Assembly (NCBI GenBank): GCA_028821715.1
Contig: JAPKFF010000001.1
Span: forward strand, 1-51,341
Direction of reading: 5' to 3'
Length of the DNA: 51,341 bases
Source of the DNA: Dehalococcoidia bacterium
GTDB taxonomy: Bacteria > Chloroflexota > Dehalococcoidia > Lucifugimonadales > Lucifugimonadaceae
In this document: positions 20,667 to 29,622 of the stretch, one piece after another
Position numbering within the stretch: position 1 is the first letter of the stretch
How the letters are laid out: the number at the start of each line of letters is the position of its first letter
Program-made: the position numbers and the translations under genes
Notes under the pieces: generated by a model
Told to the model about the DNA's origin: nothing
The model's input: the letters and a program-made list of their open reading frames with translations, nothing else
Database searches by the model: none

Positions 20667-21608
20667 TTGATTCAGCCTCCAAACCCAGAACATCCGTCGC
20701 CGACATCTAACGATCAGTGGCGAAGCATCACAATTCCAACCGTCAGCTGGGACGTGTGGGACGTAGTCGTGGCTGCGACCGTAACAATGCTCGTGGTCGT
20801 TTCGATACAGAGCCTCGGTGGAGCGTTCGGCACCGATGCCGGGTTTGATACGACCGTCACGTCATCAGCTGGCTACTACGTTGGACTACTGTCTGCAGCC
20901 TTGGCTCTGATATTGCTCAGAATTTTCAAATCCCCCCTCTGGCCGATGATAGCTGCGCTTGGAGTCGGATTCGGCATCACAGCTCTCAGCTATCTACTAG
21001 CAACCGATATTGGCGACGGATCGGCGATATTTGTCGGCGTACCTGTTGGGATCATCGCCGCCACAGCGATGTCGGGTGTCTTTGCAGCCACTGGCATTGC
21101 CTTCTCTGTAGTTCGATTCCAAGAACCATTTTCATCACTCGGATTCGTCAAAACGTCAGGCTTCAAACCATACCTATTCGCTGTTGCGATGTGGATCGTA
21201 GGGCTCAGCGTGTTGATGTTTTGGGTACAAGCCCTCGTCTGGTTCGGTATCGACGTATTAGTCCCGCCAGACACCGCCAAGCAAGCTCTCGACGAAGCCG
21301 ACGGCAACATCGTCGCTACGATCTTATTGGCGGGGATTATTGGCCCCATGGCTGAGGAGATTTTCTTCAGGGGCTTTGCGCTGCCCGGATTGGTGAAAAA
21401 ATTCGGAATCATTTGGGCGTTGGTAATCTCATCGGTACTATTTGGACTGTTCCATATAGACCCAGGTGCCATCGTTCCGACTTTCGCATTGGGCCTCGCA
21501 CTCGGCTGGGTGTACATTAAAACCGGTTCGATTTGGCCAGCAATATTTGCGCACGGACTGCACAATACTGTTGCAGTACTTATTGCAAAGTACGTCACGG
21601 TCAGTTGA
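20667..21608 (+). CDS. CPBP (CAAX/Abi) intramembrane glutamic protease
   Basis: EEIFFRG, FGLFH, HGLHN; many TM helices. Confidence 0.9.
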   Translation: MIQPPNPEHPSPTSNDQWRSITIPTVSWDVWDVVVAATVTMLVVVSIQSLGGAFGTDAGFDTTVTSSAGYYVGLLSAALALILLRIFKSPLWPMIAALGVGFGITALSYLLATDIGDGSAIFVGVPVGIIAATAMSGVFAATGIAFSVVRFQEPFSSLGFVKTSGFKPYLFAVAMWIVGLSVLMFWVQALVWFGIDVLVPPDTAKQALDEADGNIVATILLAGIIGPMAEEIFFRGFALPGLVKKFGIIWALVISSVLFGLFHIDPGAIVPTFALGLALGWVYIKTGSIWPAIFAHGLHNTVAVLIAKYVTVS

Positions 21609-21689
21609 TCGGAAACTCGATCAAGTACCCAAGCCGTTTATCGCTCTCGCAGAATCATCCTGCGATCAAATAAGGAACTACCCAGCCAC

Positions 21690-22508
21690 ATGGCAATCGA
21701 CAGAATTCGAGAAGCATTCGATAAGGCAAAAGCAGAAGGCCGTATTGCCCTAGTTCCTTATGTCACCATTGGATTTCCTGAGCTGGGCCAAACGACTGAG
21801 ATCGTTCGATCCCTGGTCGATGCCGGCGCAGATGTAGTCGAGCTAGGCGTACCTTTCAGCGACCCGCTTGGCGACGGCCCAACAATTCAAGCCTCAGGAC
21901 ATCGTGCTTTGCAAAACGGAGTAACTCCTGAATTTTGTTTCAATGCTGTCAAAGAAATTCGTGCTGACGGAATCGATGTACCTATCGTCTTCATGGGCTA
22001 CTACAACACTATCCTCAACATGGGACTCGGCGAGTACTGCGCAGCCGGAGTCGAAGTCGGTCTCGATGGAATTATCGCCGCCGATCTACCTGCGGCTGAG
22101 GCCGGACCGCTTCAGGATGCTTGCGACCAATATGGTATTTCGTTAATACCGCTCATCGCCATCACATCCACCGATCACGCAATCGAATACGCGTGCAAAC
22201 GCGCCAAGGGGTTCGTTTACTGTATTTCCGTACTCGGAGTAACCGGAGCACGGGCGAAAATGTCGTCACGTGTTGAAGGTCTCGTTCTAAATGTTCGAAA
22301 GTTCACTGATCTACCAATTGCGATTGGATTCGGGGTTTCGAACGTAGATCACGTCGCAGAAGTGGCAAAAATATCTGATGGAGCAGTTATCGGCAGCCAG
22401 GTGATCAATGCCCTATCAGATGGCGATCCGGCAAGGGCAGCCGACCGAGTTGGTGCGTATATCAAGTCGCTCGTACCCGGCACACCACGGAAAGTCGTGG
22501 CAAACTAG
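21690..22508 (+). CDS. trpA: Tryptophan synthase alpha subunit
   Basis: ELGVPFSDPLGDGPTIQ, MGYYN, GVTGAR, IGFGVS. Confidence 0.96.
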   Translation: MAIDRIREAFDKAKAEGRIALVPYVTIGFPELGQTTEIVRSLVDAGADVVELGVPFSDPLGDGPTIQASGHRALQNGVTPEFCFNAVKEIRADGIDVPIVFMGYYNTILNMGLGEYCAAGVEVGLDGIIAADLPAAEAGPLQDACDQYGISLIPLIAITSTDHAIEYACKRAKGFVYCISVLGVTGARAKMSSRVEGLVLNVRKFTDLPIAIGFGVSNVDHVAEVAKISDGAVIGSQVINALSDGDPARAADRVGAYIKSLVPGTPRKVVAN

Positions 22509-22592
22509 GTCGCCAGAATCACCAGCAATTCCAAAAATAAGATTGCCGAATTATTTAAACACAAATTCCTAATTCTAAGGGCAGGAAAAAGA

Positions 22593-22958
22593 TTGGCTAC
22601 GAAGGTTCGAGGCGTCAAAGGCGCTACAACCACCGACGGTACATCGACTGAACACGTTCTTGCAGCAACCGAACAGCTGTTATCGGTACTGATCGAAGCA
22701 AACGAAATCGATCAAGACGATGTCGCCGCAGTTCAGTTCACTACTAGCCCCGATCTCGTTGCAGAGTTCCCAGCTGTTGCAGCACGCGAACGATTCGGCT
22801 GGAACGATGTTCCGCTTATGTGTGGACACGAGATGGCTCGACCCGGCGCATTAACGCAGTGCATCCGTATACTTATATTCTGGAATACTGACAAGGTTCA
22901 GAGCGATATACGGCACGCTTACCTAAACGATGCTGCTAAACTTCGCCCTGATCTTTAA
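22593..22958 (+). CDS. aroH: AroH-class chorismate mutase
   Basis: VRGVKGATT, DLVAEFPAVAAR, VPLMC..EM, CIRIL, HAYL..AAKLRPDL. Confidence 0.92.
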   Translation: MATKVRGVKGATTTDGTSTEHVLAATEQLLSVLIEANEIDQDDVAAVQFTTSPDLVAEFPAVAARERFGWNDVPLMCGHEMARPGALTQCIRILIFWNTDKVQSDIRHAYLNDAAKLRPDL

Positions 22959-22977
22959 ACGGCGACCTCTTAAAAAC

Positions 22978-23136
22978 ATGTCAGAACGTAACACACAGAC
23001 AAACTCATTCTCACGTCCCAGCGGTTTCCGCTCGGCAGGTTTCGTATTCTGGTGTTCAACTTCTTACAGTGCCGAGTATCTTATCTATAGCTATACCGGC
23101 GGGCTGTTTACGCACGGACGTTCATATAGCAGCTAG
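22978..23136 (+). other. Candidate aromatic-rich leader peptide (52 aa)
   Basis: MSERNTQ...FVFWCSTSYSAEYLIYSYTGGLF...SYSS*: 5 Phe, 5 Tyr and 1 Trp, directly upstream of DAHP synthase. No clear RBS. Confidence 0.3.
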
Positions 23137-23164
23137 ATCTGCCTGACCGTCCGCAGCCCCCTGG
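23096..23164 (+). promoter_or_regulatory. Long bulged hairpin upstream of DAHP synthase
   Basis: GGGCTG(23101-06)/CAGCCC(23154-59), CGGACG(23115-20)/CGTCCG(23148-53), GCAG(23129-32)/CTGC(23139-42). Confidence 0.5.
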
Positions 23165-23275
23165 ATTCACAAAGCTCTCCTTCCCTCAGCATGCAACTGA
23201 GCCGGCCTGACCAAGCGAATCACGAACACGGTTATTTCCTTTCACCTTCTAGTTCTATAGAAACCTAATTCGACA

Positions 23276-24313
23276 ATGTCTACGTCAAACATCCGAGTCA
23301 CCGATCTTCAGCCGCTCAGTTCGCCACGATCGTTCATCGACTCCCAGCCAATCACTCCTGAAATTGCAAAAGTCGTTACCGACGCACGATCATCTATCGA
23401 ATCCATCGAACAAGGACGAGATGACCGAATGGTCATGCTCGTTGGACCTTGTTCGATTCACGATGAAAAAGCCGGACTCGAATATGCTAAAAAACTCGCA
23501 GTTCTAGCTGAAGAAGTAAAAGACAAGATTCTTGTAGTAATGCGGGTGTACTTCGAAAAGCCCCGCACGACTGTCGGTTGGAAAGGCCTCATAAACGACC
23601 CTAATCTCGACGGTACGTTCGACATGCAGGTCGGTCTTACTCGCGCACGGGCGTTCCTTCTAGAAGTGCTGAAACTCGGACTGGCAGCAGGAACCGAGTT
23701 CCTCGATCCGTTCACTCCTCAGTACCTCGCTGATCTCATTTCGTGGGGCGCCATCGGTGCTCGAACGACTGAAAGCCAGACTCACAGACAGATGGCGAGC
23801 GGCCTCTCAATGCCAATTGGATACAAGAACGGCACAGGCGGAAGTTTGCAGATCGCTGTCGACGCAATGATGGCTGCTCGTTCACCACACGCATTTCTCG
23901 GTATCGACCTCGACGGTCGAGCCTCCGTGGTCAACACAGCGGGAAACAAGGCACAGCACCTCATTCTTCGTGGTGGCTCAACAGGCCCTAACTACGATCA
24001 TGAAACCGTAGCAAAGGCATCGAGTCTGCTAGAAGGTGTTGGCCTTCGACCAAACGTTGTTATCGACTGCTCGCACGCTAATAGCAACAAGGATCACAAC
24101 CGACAGCCGATCGTGTTCCGTGATGCTATTCGCCAGCGCACCGTCGGCAACAAGGGCGTAATCGGCCTCATGCTGGAAAGCCACCTCAACGAGGGCAACC
24201 AGTCGCTGGGCGATCCTGCCGATTTGAAGTACGGTGTCTCGATCACTGATGCATGCATCAACTGGGCGACTACCGAAGAGCTGCTTCACGAGGCACACGC
24301 CACCCTTAGCTAG
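23276..24313 (+). CDS. aroG: DAHP synthase, class I-alpha (AroG/AroF/AroH-type; effector specificity unknown)
   Basis: GPCSIHD, RVYFEKPRTTVGWKG, IGARTTESQTHR, DCSHANS, YGVSITDACI. Confidence 0.95.
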   Translation: MSTSNIRVTDLQPLSSPRSFIDSQPITPEIAKVVTDARSSIESIEQGRDDRMVMLVGPCSIHDEKAGLEYAKKLAVLAEEVKDKILVVMRVYFEKPRTTVGWKGLINDPNLDGTFDMQVGLTRARAFLLEVLKLGLAAGTEFLDPFTPQYLADLISWGAIGARTTESQTHRQMASGLSMPIGYKNGTGGSLQIAVDAMMAARSPHAFLGIDLDGRASVVNTAGNKAQHLILRGGSTGPNYDHETVAKASSLLEGVGLRPNVVIDCSHANSNKDHNRQPIVFRDAIRQRTVGNKGVIGLMLESHLNEGNQSLGDPADLKYGVSITDACINWATTEELLHEAHATLS

Positions 24314-24320
24314 AAAGTTG

Positions 24321-24355
24321 AGATTGGCGGTTCGGTTTCATCGAACCGCTAGTCT
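24321..24355 (+). terminator. Intergenic hairpin (terminator or mRNA-stability element)
   Basis: AGATTGGCGGTTCG-gtttcat-CGAACCGCTAGTCT with G-U pairs; no U-tract. Confidence 0.45.
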
Positions 24356-24370
24356 CTGCAACGGACGATC

Positions 24371-25297
24371 ATGTCGATTTCTGATCTGTTCACTTCCATA
24401 GACGTTATTGAAGGCCCTACAGTTGCGACTATCGGTACCTTCGACGGAGTTCATCTTGGGCATCTTGCACTCCTAAAACGAGTGGAAGATGAAGCGGTTA
24501 AGCGCGGCGCAAAATCAGTTGCCTTTGTTTTCCGAGAGCAGCCTCGGGCGTTTATCAAACCGAGTAAACAGGTCACGTACCTAAGTGATTTCGAAACTCG
24601 CCGAGATATCTTGAAAGCGATTGGGATCAATCATGTGATCGAACTAAATTTCAGTGCGGCGATTCAACAGCTATCGTCCGATAATTTTATTGGCGCGCTT
24701 AAAGAGCGAATCGGCCTCGTATCGCTGATTCTCGGCCCGGGCGCAATGATCGGATCCGACCGTGCAGGTGTCGAGCAGCTTTCTGCCGCAGACACCCACA
24801 CCGATATCGAATTCATCGGCGTTCCGTCGATTGTTGTCGATGGCGAAGCAGTTTCAAGTTCCGTCATCCGAATCGCAATCGTCAGTGGCAACTGTGAACT
24901 TGCTGCAAAAATGCTGGGTCGAAACTACTCGATTCGAGGAGTGGTCGCCGACGGCGAGAAGCGCGGACGTGAAATCGGCTTCCCAACTGCCAACATCGAA
25001 CCCGAATTCGCAGTCACCGTTCCTGATAACGGCATCTACGCGACGTTAGTCAAGATAGATGACGTGACACATCACGCTGCCACCAGCATCGGCGTACGCC
25101 CAACCTTCGAAACAGACGGCGGTCGCACTATCGAGGCATTCCTTCTAGACTTCGACGGTGATCTCTATACCAAGCGACTTCACCTTGAGTTCGTGCAACG
25201 ACTCAGAGCCGAAGTCGCATTCGAAACAGTCGAACAACTAATCGAACAAATGAACAAAGACGTTGACCAGACCCGAGAAATACTCGCAAATATCTAG
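24371..25297 (+). CDS. ribF: Bifunctional riboflavin kinase/FAD synthetase
   Basis: IGTFDGVHLGH, SSSVIR, GREIGFPTAN, IGVRPTF, EAFLLDF. Confidence 0.96.
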   Translation: MSISDLFTSIDVIEGPTVATIGTFDGVHLGHLALLKRVEDEAVKRGAKSVAFVFREQPRAFIKPSKQVTYLSDFETRRDILKAIGINHVIELNFSAAIQQLSSDNFIGALKERIGLVSLILGPGAMIGSDRAGVEQLSAADTHTDIEFIGVPSIVVDGEAVSSSVIRIAIVSGNCELAAKMLGRNYSIRGVVADGEKRGREIGFPTANIEPEFAVTVPDNGIYATLVKIDDVTHHAATSIGVRPTFETDGGRTIEAFLLDFDGDLYTKRLHLEFVQRLRAEVAFETVEQLIEQMNKDVDQTREILANI

Positions 25298-25353
25298 CCC
25301 AACTTCGCACTTGGATCCTCTAGCCTACCAACGACTCCTAAAAGAACAATCCG

Positions 25354-26667
25354 ATGACAACCAATACAGAATTTCAAAACGTAGCTGAAGACCTAGAATG
25401 GCGAGGCGCGCTCTTCGACGCCACCCCGGGCGCAGCGCACACTCTTTCAACTGAAAAAATCACTTGTTACAACGGCTTCGACCCCACAGCGAGTAGCCTC
25501 CACATCGGTAACCTCGTCGCCATCATGGGACTCGTCCGACTCCAGCAATACGGTCACACGCCAGTGGCTCTAGTTGGCGGTGGTACGGGTATGATCGGCG
25601 ACCCTTCAGGTCGGTCCGACGAACGTACGCTTCTGTCAGTCACTGATATCGACTACAACGTCGAAGCCATTCGTGCTCAACTAGAGCCGTTCCTCGATTT
25701 CGATGTAAAATCCAATCCAGCCAAGGTCGTTAACAACGCCGACTGGCTTCGCAAGACCGATCTTCTATCGTTCCTTCGTGACGTAGGAAAACACTTCACG
25801 GTGAACACGATGATGAGTCGTGACTCCGTGAAAGATCGATTCAGTCGAGACAGCGGAATTTCGTTCACCGAGTTCAGCTACCAACTGCTTCAGGCGTACG
25901 ATTTCCTGACACTCTACGATCGCGATAACGTCGGCTTTCAGGCCGGTGGCAGCGATCAATGGGGCAACATTCTGGGTGGAGTCGACCTAATTCGTCGAAT
26001 ACACGGAGCCGATTACGAAGGGCGACCACGGGCCCACGGAATCGCCTACCCACTGGTAATGAATGCCAATGGAGAAAAGTTCGGCAAGTCGATTGGTGGA
26101 GCGCCAACGCTCGATCCTAACGAGACTTCTCCGTACAAGCTGTACCAATTCTTCTTGAACGTCGCCGATGCCGACGCTGTTCCCTACGTGAAGCTATTCA
26201 CCATGCTGAACCAAGTTCAAATCGGTGGACTAGCGGAATCCGTAGTCGAAGAACCTCATAAGCGAACCGCTCAAAAGGCACTGGCTCAAGAAGTGACGCG
26301 AACGATTCACGGTCAGGGCGGACTCGATCAGGCTCTGAAGGTGACACAGGCGTTCTTCGGCGGAGATATTTCTGGGCTTTCGGCCGATCAAATGGAAGAT
26401 GTTCTCGAAGATTCTTCAGTAACCGAAGTAACTAGCGACCAACTTTCAGGTAAAGGCATCCGCTTTTCTGAGATGGCTGTATCGGCAGGAGCCGGCAAAT
26501 CGAGTGGAGACGTAAAACGCACCATCGATCAAGGCGGCATGTACCTCAACGGCGAACAAATCACCGACGCAGGCCGAACGGTTGGAGTGAACGACCTAAT
26601 TGAAGGCCGCCTTATGATAATACGCCGAGGTCGTAAAACCTACTCCCTAGTGAAGCTAGCTGAGTAG
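25354..26667 (+). CDS. tyrS: Tyrosine--tRNA ligase
   Basis: GFDPTASSLHIGN, GGSDQWGN, KFGKS, C-terminal S4 domain. Confidence 0.98.
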   Translation: MTTNTEFQNVAEDLEWRGALFDATPGAAHTLSTEKITCYNGFDPTASSLHIGNLVAIMGLVRLQQYGHTPVALVGGGTGMIGDPSGRSDERTLLSVTDIDYNVEAIRAQLEPFLDFDVKSNPAKVVNNADWLRKTDLLSFLRDVGKHFTVNTMMSRDSVKDRFSRDSGISFTEFSYQLLQAYDFLTLYDRDNVGFQAGGSDQWGNILGGVDLIRRIHGADYEGRPRAHGIAYPLVMNANGEKFGKSIGGAPTLDPNETSPYKLYQFFLNVADADAVPYVKLFTMLNQVQIGGLAESVVEEPHKRTAQKALAQEVTRTIHGQGGLDQALKVTQAFFGGDISGLSADQMEDVLEDSSVTEVTSDQLSGKGIRFSEMAVSAGAGKSSGDVKRTIDQGGMYLNGEQITDAGRTVGVNDLIEGRLMIIRRGRKTYSLVKLAE

Positions 26668-26678
26668 GTTTCAACGTC

Positions 26679-26933
26679 AGGGCAAAATTTAATTCGTAGC
26701 GGCTAGAAATTTCGTGGAGCAAATTGACAATCCGTTCGAGCGGAAAACCGTCGTGGATTTATCTCCAATCGCTACCGAGTTTTGTTAAACAAAGCTAGAG
26801 AAGGTTTCGTAATTTCATCCCAAATGGGGGCGAATAAGATCTCACTAGGCCACCTGAGTACTACGATAAATTATACAAATTCATTCTCTCCGTCGGTACA
26901 AAACCTCTTCTAACCAATTAGAGATTTTGCCCT
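26679..26933. ncRNA. Unidentified ~255-nt multi-helix element (ncRNA or MITE-like)
   Basis: Helices AGGGCAAAATTT/AGATTTTGCCCT, AATTCGTAGCGG/TCGCTACCGAGTT and TAGAGAAGGTTTCGTA/TACAAAACCTCTTCTA, plus inner hairpins. Confidence 0.4.
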
Positions 26934-27093
26934 ATCACCCTCACTAACTCGTCGCGCTGAATTTACAGCAGTTTTACATAGTGAGAGTTAGAATTCTTCC
27001 GGGTCGTTCGCCGATCGGTTGCAAAAACAATCACCAGAATGACCACAACTTGAAAAAACTCTTAGAAAAAATCCGTATGAAACGAGCACTCCG

Positions 27094-28194
27094 GTGAGTA
27101 GCCAGAACCAGACAAATCTTCGAATCCCAGGCCCAGTACCGCTTCCCGACGATGTCCTAGCAATCGCCGGATCGCAGATGATTAATCACCGAGGTCCCGA
27201 GTACGCCGACATGCTTGATCGCATGACGAAGAATCTGAAGACGGTTTTCATGACGAAGAACGATGTGTACTTCATCACATCGTCGGGAACCGGTGCGATG
27301 GAAACTGCCGTGGTGAACACGATTTCACCTGGCGACAAAGTTCTATCGATCATCATCGGTGTCTTTGGGGAACGATTCGCTGAAATCGCCGAGGCATACG
27401 GTGCCGAGACCACTCGCATTTCCTTCGATCTCGGCCAAGCTGCCGATCTCGACAAGGTTCGGGAGACCCTCAAAGGTATGAGCGACGTGAAAGCAGTGAT
27501 CTTCACCCACAACGAAAGCTCTACGGGCGTCTCCAACCCGCTGGAAGACCTATGTAAGGTCATCCACGAAGAATCCGACGCCCTCATCCTTGTCGACGCT
27601 GTATCGAGCGCTGGTGGCGTTCCAATCGCTGTCGACGCTTGGGGCATCGACGTTGTTGCCACCGCTTCGCAGAAGAGCTGGATTTCACCTCCAGGAATCT
27701 CGATGGTTACTTTCTCGGAGAAGGCTTGGAAGGCTCACGCCACATCGACCACTCCGAAGTACTACCTCGATATACAGCAATACGAGGACTATCTCAAAAT
27801 CGGCCAGCCGCCGTTTACACCTTGCCTACCAGTGATGTTCACGCTCGAAGTGGCATTGCAGTCGATGGTCGATGAGGGAATAGAAAACGTATTCGGACGT
27901 CACCATGAAATAGCGCAGCACACTCGCGACGGTGCGAAGGCACTCGGACTCGAACTACTGCCAGATCCCAAGTACGCGTCGAACACCGTTACCGCAATAC
28001 GATTGCCGGAAGGTCTCGATGGCAAGGCGTTCTTGGCAAAAGTGAACAAGGACTACAACGTGATTCTCGGTGGCGGCCAAAAGTCGCTTGTCGGGAAGAT
28101 CTTCCGAGTTGGTCACATGGGTTGGGTCGAAAAGGCTCACATCGATGAGGCTTTGAAGGCTGCAGAAGAAACCCTGAAGGCAATGACTTCGTAG
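27094..28194 (+). CDS. Class V PLP aminotransferase (serine-pyruvate/alanine-glyoxylate family; possibly the phosphoserine aminotransferase)
   Basis: IPGPVP, SSGTGAME, HNESSTG, VDAVSS, SQK (PLP Lys), FRVGHMG. Confidence 0.92.
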   Translation: MSSQNQTNLRIPGPVPLPDDVLAIAGSQMINHRGPEYADMLDRMTKNLKTVFMTKNDVYFITSSGTGAMETAVVNTISPGDKVLSIIIGVFGERFAEIAEAYGAETTRISFDLGQAADLDKVRETLKGMSDVKAVIFTHNESSTGVSNPLEDLCKVIHEESDALILVDAVSSAGGVPIAVDAWGIDVVATASQKSWISPPGISMVTFSEKAWKAHATSTTPKYYLDIQQYEDYLKIGQPPFTPCLPVMFTLEVALQSMVDEGIENVFGRHHEIAQHTRDGAKALGLELLPDPKYASNTVTAIRLPEGLDGKAFLAKVNKDYNVILGGGQKSLVGKIFRVGHMGWVEKAHIDEALKAAEETLKAMTS

Positions 28195-28265
28195 ATTTGT
28201 ATGTGTGGATGCAGCAGCCATATAACTTTTTTGGCAGCAGCCGCATCTAACTGTGAAAAATCGGG

Positions 28266-28294
28266 AAAGGCGCAGTCGATTCGACTGCGCTTTT
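28266..28294 (+). terminator. Rho-independent terminator
   Basis: GCGCAGTCGA-t-TCGACTGCGC followed by TTTT. Confidence 0.7.
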
Positions 28295-28343
28295 CGCTAT
28301 AAGTAGCTATTCAGACACGTATCTACTGGGACGGATAAAACGG

Positions 28344-29000
28344 ATGAGTTCGGCTCTTCCAGGAACGAGTCGGTCGTTTATCGCAATCTTTATAATCGCA
28401 GTGCTCCCTCTTGCTCTCGCTTGCGGCTCCGAATCTCCTGCTGCTACATCGCCGGCGCCTGAAATGACCGCCGAAACTGCCACAACGTCGCCTCCAGTTG
28501 CGATGCCCGATCCTACAGAGCCCACACTCGTCAACACGCCCGGTCCTGTCACCAGCACCGCTCGTGATTTCACACTGCCATCGATCCAAGGTGCCGAATA
28601 CACACTTTCTCAGTTCCGAGGCGAAAAGCCAGTTGTTGTCGTTTTCTACCGAGCTTACTGGTGAACATTTTGCAGAAGGCAACTCGGGAAGTTGCAACGA
28701 TCTCAGGCTGAACTCGATGCCAGTGGTGTTCAAATACTCGCAATCAGCACCGACAATCTCGATGGACCAGCGGCGCTAGCCGCTGCCCAAGGCTACGAGT
28801 TTCCGATCCTATTTTCCGCGCTCGACCCAAGCGTCCCGGAAGAGTTCGGTGTGTTCAACTTGTTCGGCGACGGACTCGCTTCGGCCTCGGTTTTCCTAAT
28901 CGACACTAACGGCGAGATTGTCTGGCAGAGCGTTGGATTAAACTCCACACACCAAGTAGATGCCGAAGAAATCATCGAGCAGGTCGAAAAGCTCGGCTAG
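28344..29000 (+). CDS. Selenocysteine-containing AhpC/TSA (peroxiredoxin-like) lipoprotein, UxxC motif
   Basis: ORFs 28344..28664 and 28692..29000 share one frame. Reading through TGA 28662-28664 gives ARDFTLPSIQGAEYTLSQFRGEKPVVVVFYRAYW-U-TFCRRQLGKLQ...ILAISTD...VFLID, one continuous redoxin domain. Lipobox-like LALAC and a Pro/Thr linker precede it. Confidence 0.88.
28679..28695 (+). promoter_or_regulatory. Candidate bacterial SECIS hairpin
   Basis: GCAACT-cggga-AGTTGC; the G-containing apical loop starts 20 nt after the UGA. Confidence 0.7.
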
Positions 29001-29004
29001 ACTC

Positions 29005-29622
29005 ATGAGCGTGAAAATCCGAAGACTCTCGATAATCGTGATGCTAACCGCGCTGTTCTCCTCAGTTGCCTGTTCGAGCGCGCCCGCACCAACGCCTACG
29101 GCAGCACCTAGCTCGACTCCAACTGTTACGCCAACGACAGCACATACCGATAGTGATTTACTCCCAATAGCGCCAGTGTTCTCAGTTTCGACTATTGATG
29201 GCGAAAATATCCGACTCGAAGACCTCCTTGGCGTCACACCCGTTTATCTGCTGTTCGTTCCAACCACGACCGATGATCTCGACATCTCTCAGATGCGTCT
29301 CATTCAATCTCAAATTTCAGAATTCGATGAGTTAGGGGCTGACGTCGTAGTGGTAGTTTCCGATCAGCCGAACAGGGTTATCGAGATGCGTGATGACCTC
29401 GTTCTCGGCTTCCCGCTCATCGCGGACCCACTAAACGTTGTCGCAAGTGACTGGCAGGTATTTGATCTTAATGACGATGGAAAGGCCAGCCCTGCCAGCT
29501 TCGTATTCGACGCCCACGGCAGCCTGATAGCACGACTCATCGCTAACGAACCGGAAAATCGACCGACCGTCTCCGAAGTACTTTCGGTACTTGAAGAATC
29601 GCTCAACGTAGACGCAGCTTAG
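29005..29622 (+). CDS. AhpC/TSA-fold lipoprotein lacking the redox Cys
   Basis: Lipobox SVAC, Pro/Thr linker, APVFSVSTIDGENIRLED, FVPTTTDDLD (where PxxxTxxC is expected), FPLIADP, SFVFD. ATG lies 4 nt after the upstream stop. Confidence 0.8.
   Translation: MSVKIRRLSIIVMLTALFSSVACSSAPAPTPTAAPSSTPTVTPTTAHTDSDLLPIAPVFSVSTIDGENIRLEDLLGVTPVYLLFVPTTTDDLDISQMRLIQSQISEFDELGADVVVVVSDQPNRVIEMRDDLVLGFPLIADPLNVVASDWQVFDLNDDGKASPASFVFDAHGSLIARLIANEPENRPTVSEVLSVLEESLNVDAA

Noticed and set aside
20990-21598. 202-aa antisense ORF, and similar shadows on ftsH, the aminotransferase, infC and polA
   Set aside because: They lie opposite well-supported genes and have no motifs; codon-bias shadows.
25298-25353. 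T-box leader before tyrS
   Set aside because: The gap is only 56 nt and has no T-box consensus.
26835-26900. GGAGAG and CTCAGG words suggesting a glycine riboswitch
   Set aside because: They are on the strand opposite the aminotransferase and lack the CCGAAG core and tandem aptamers.
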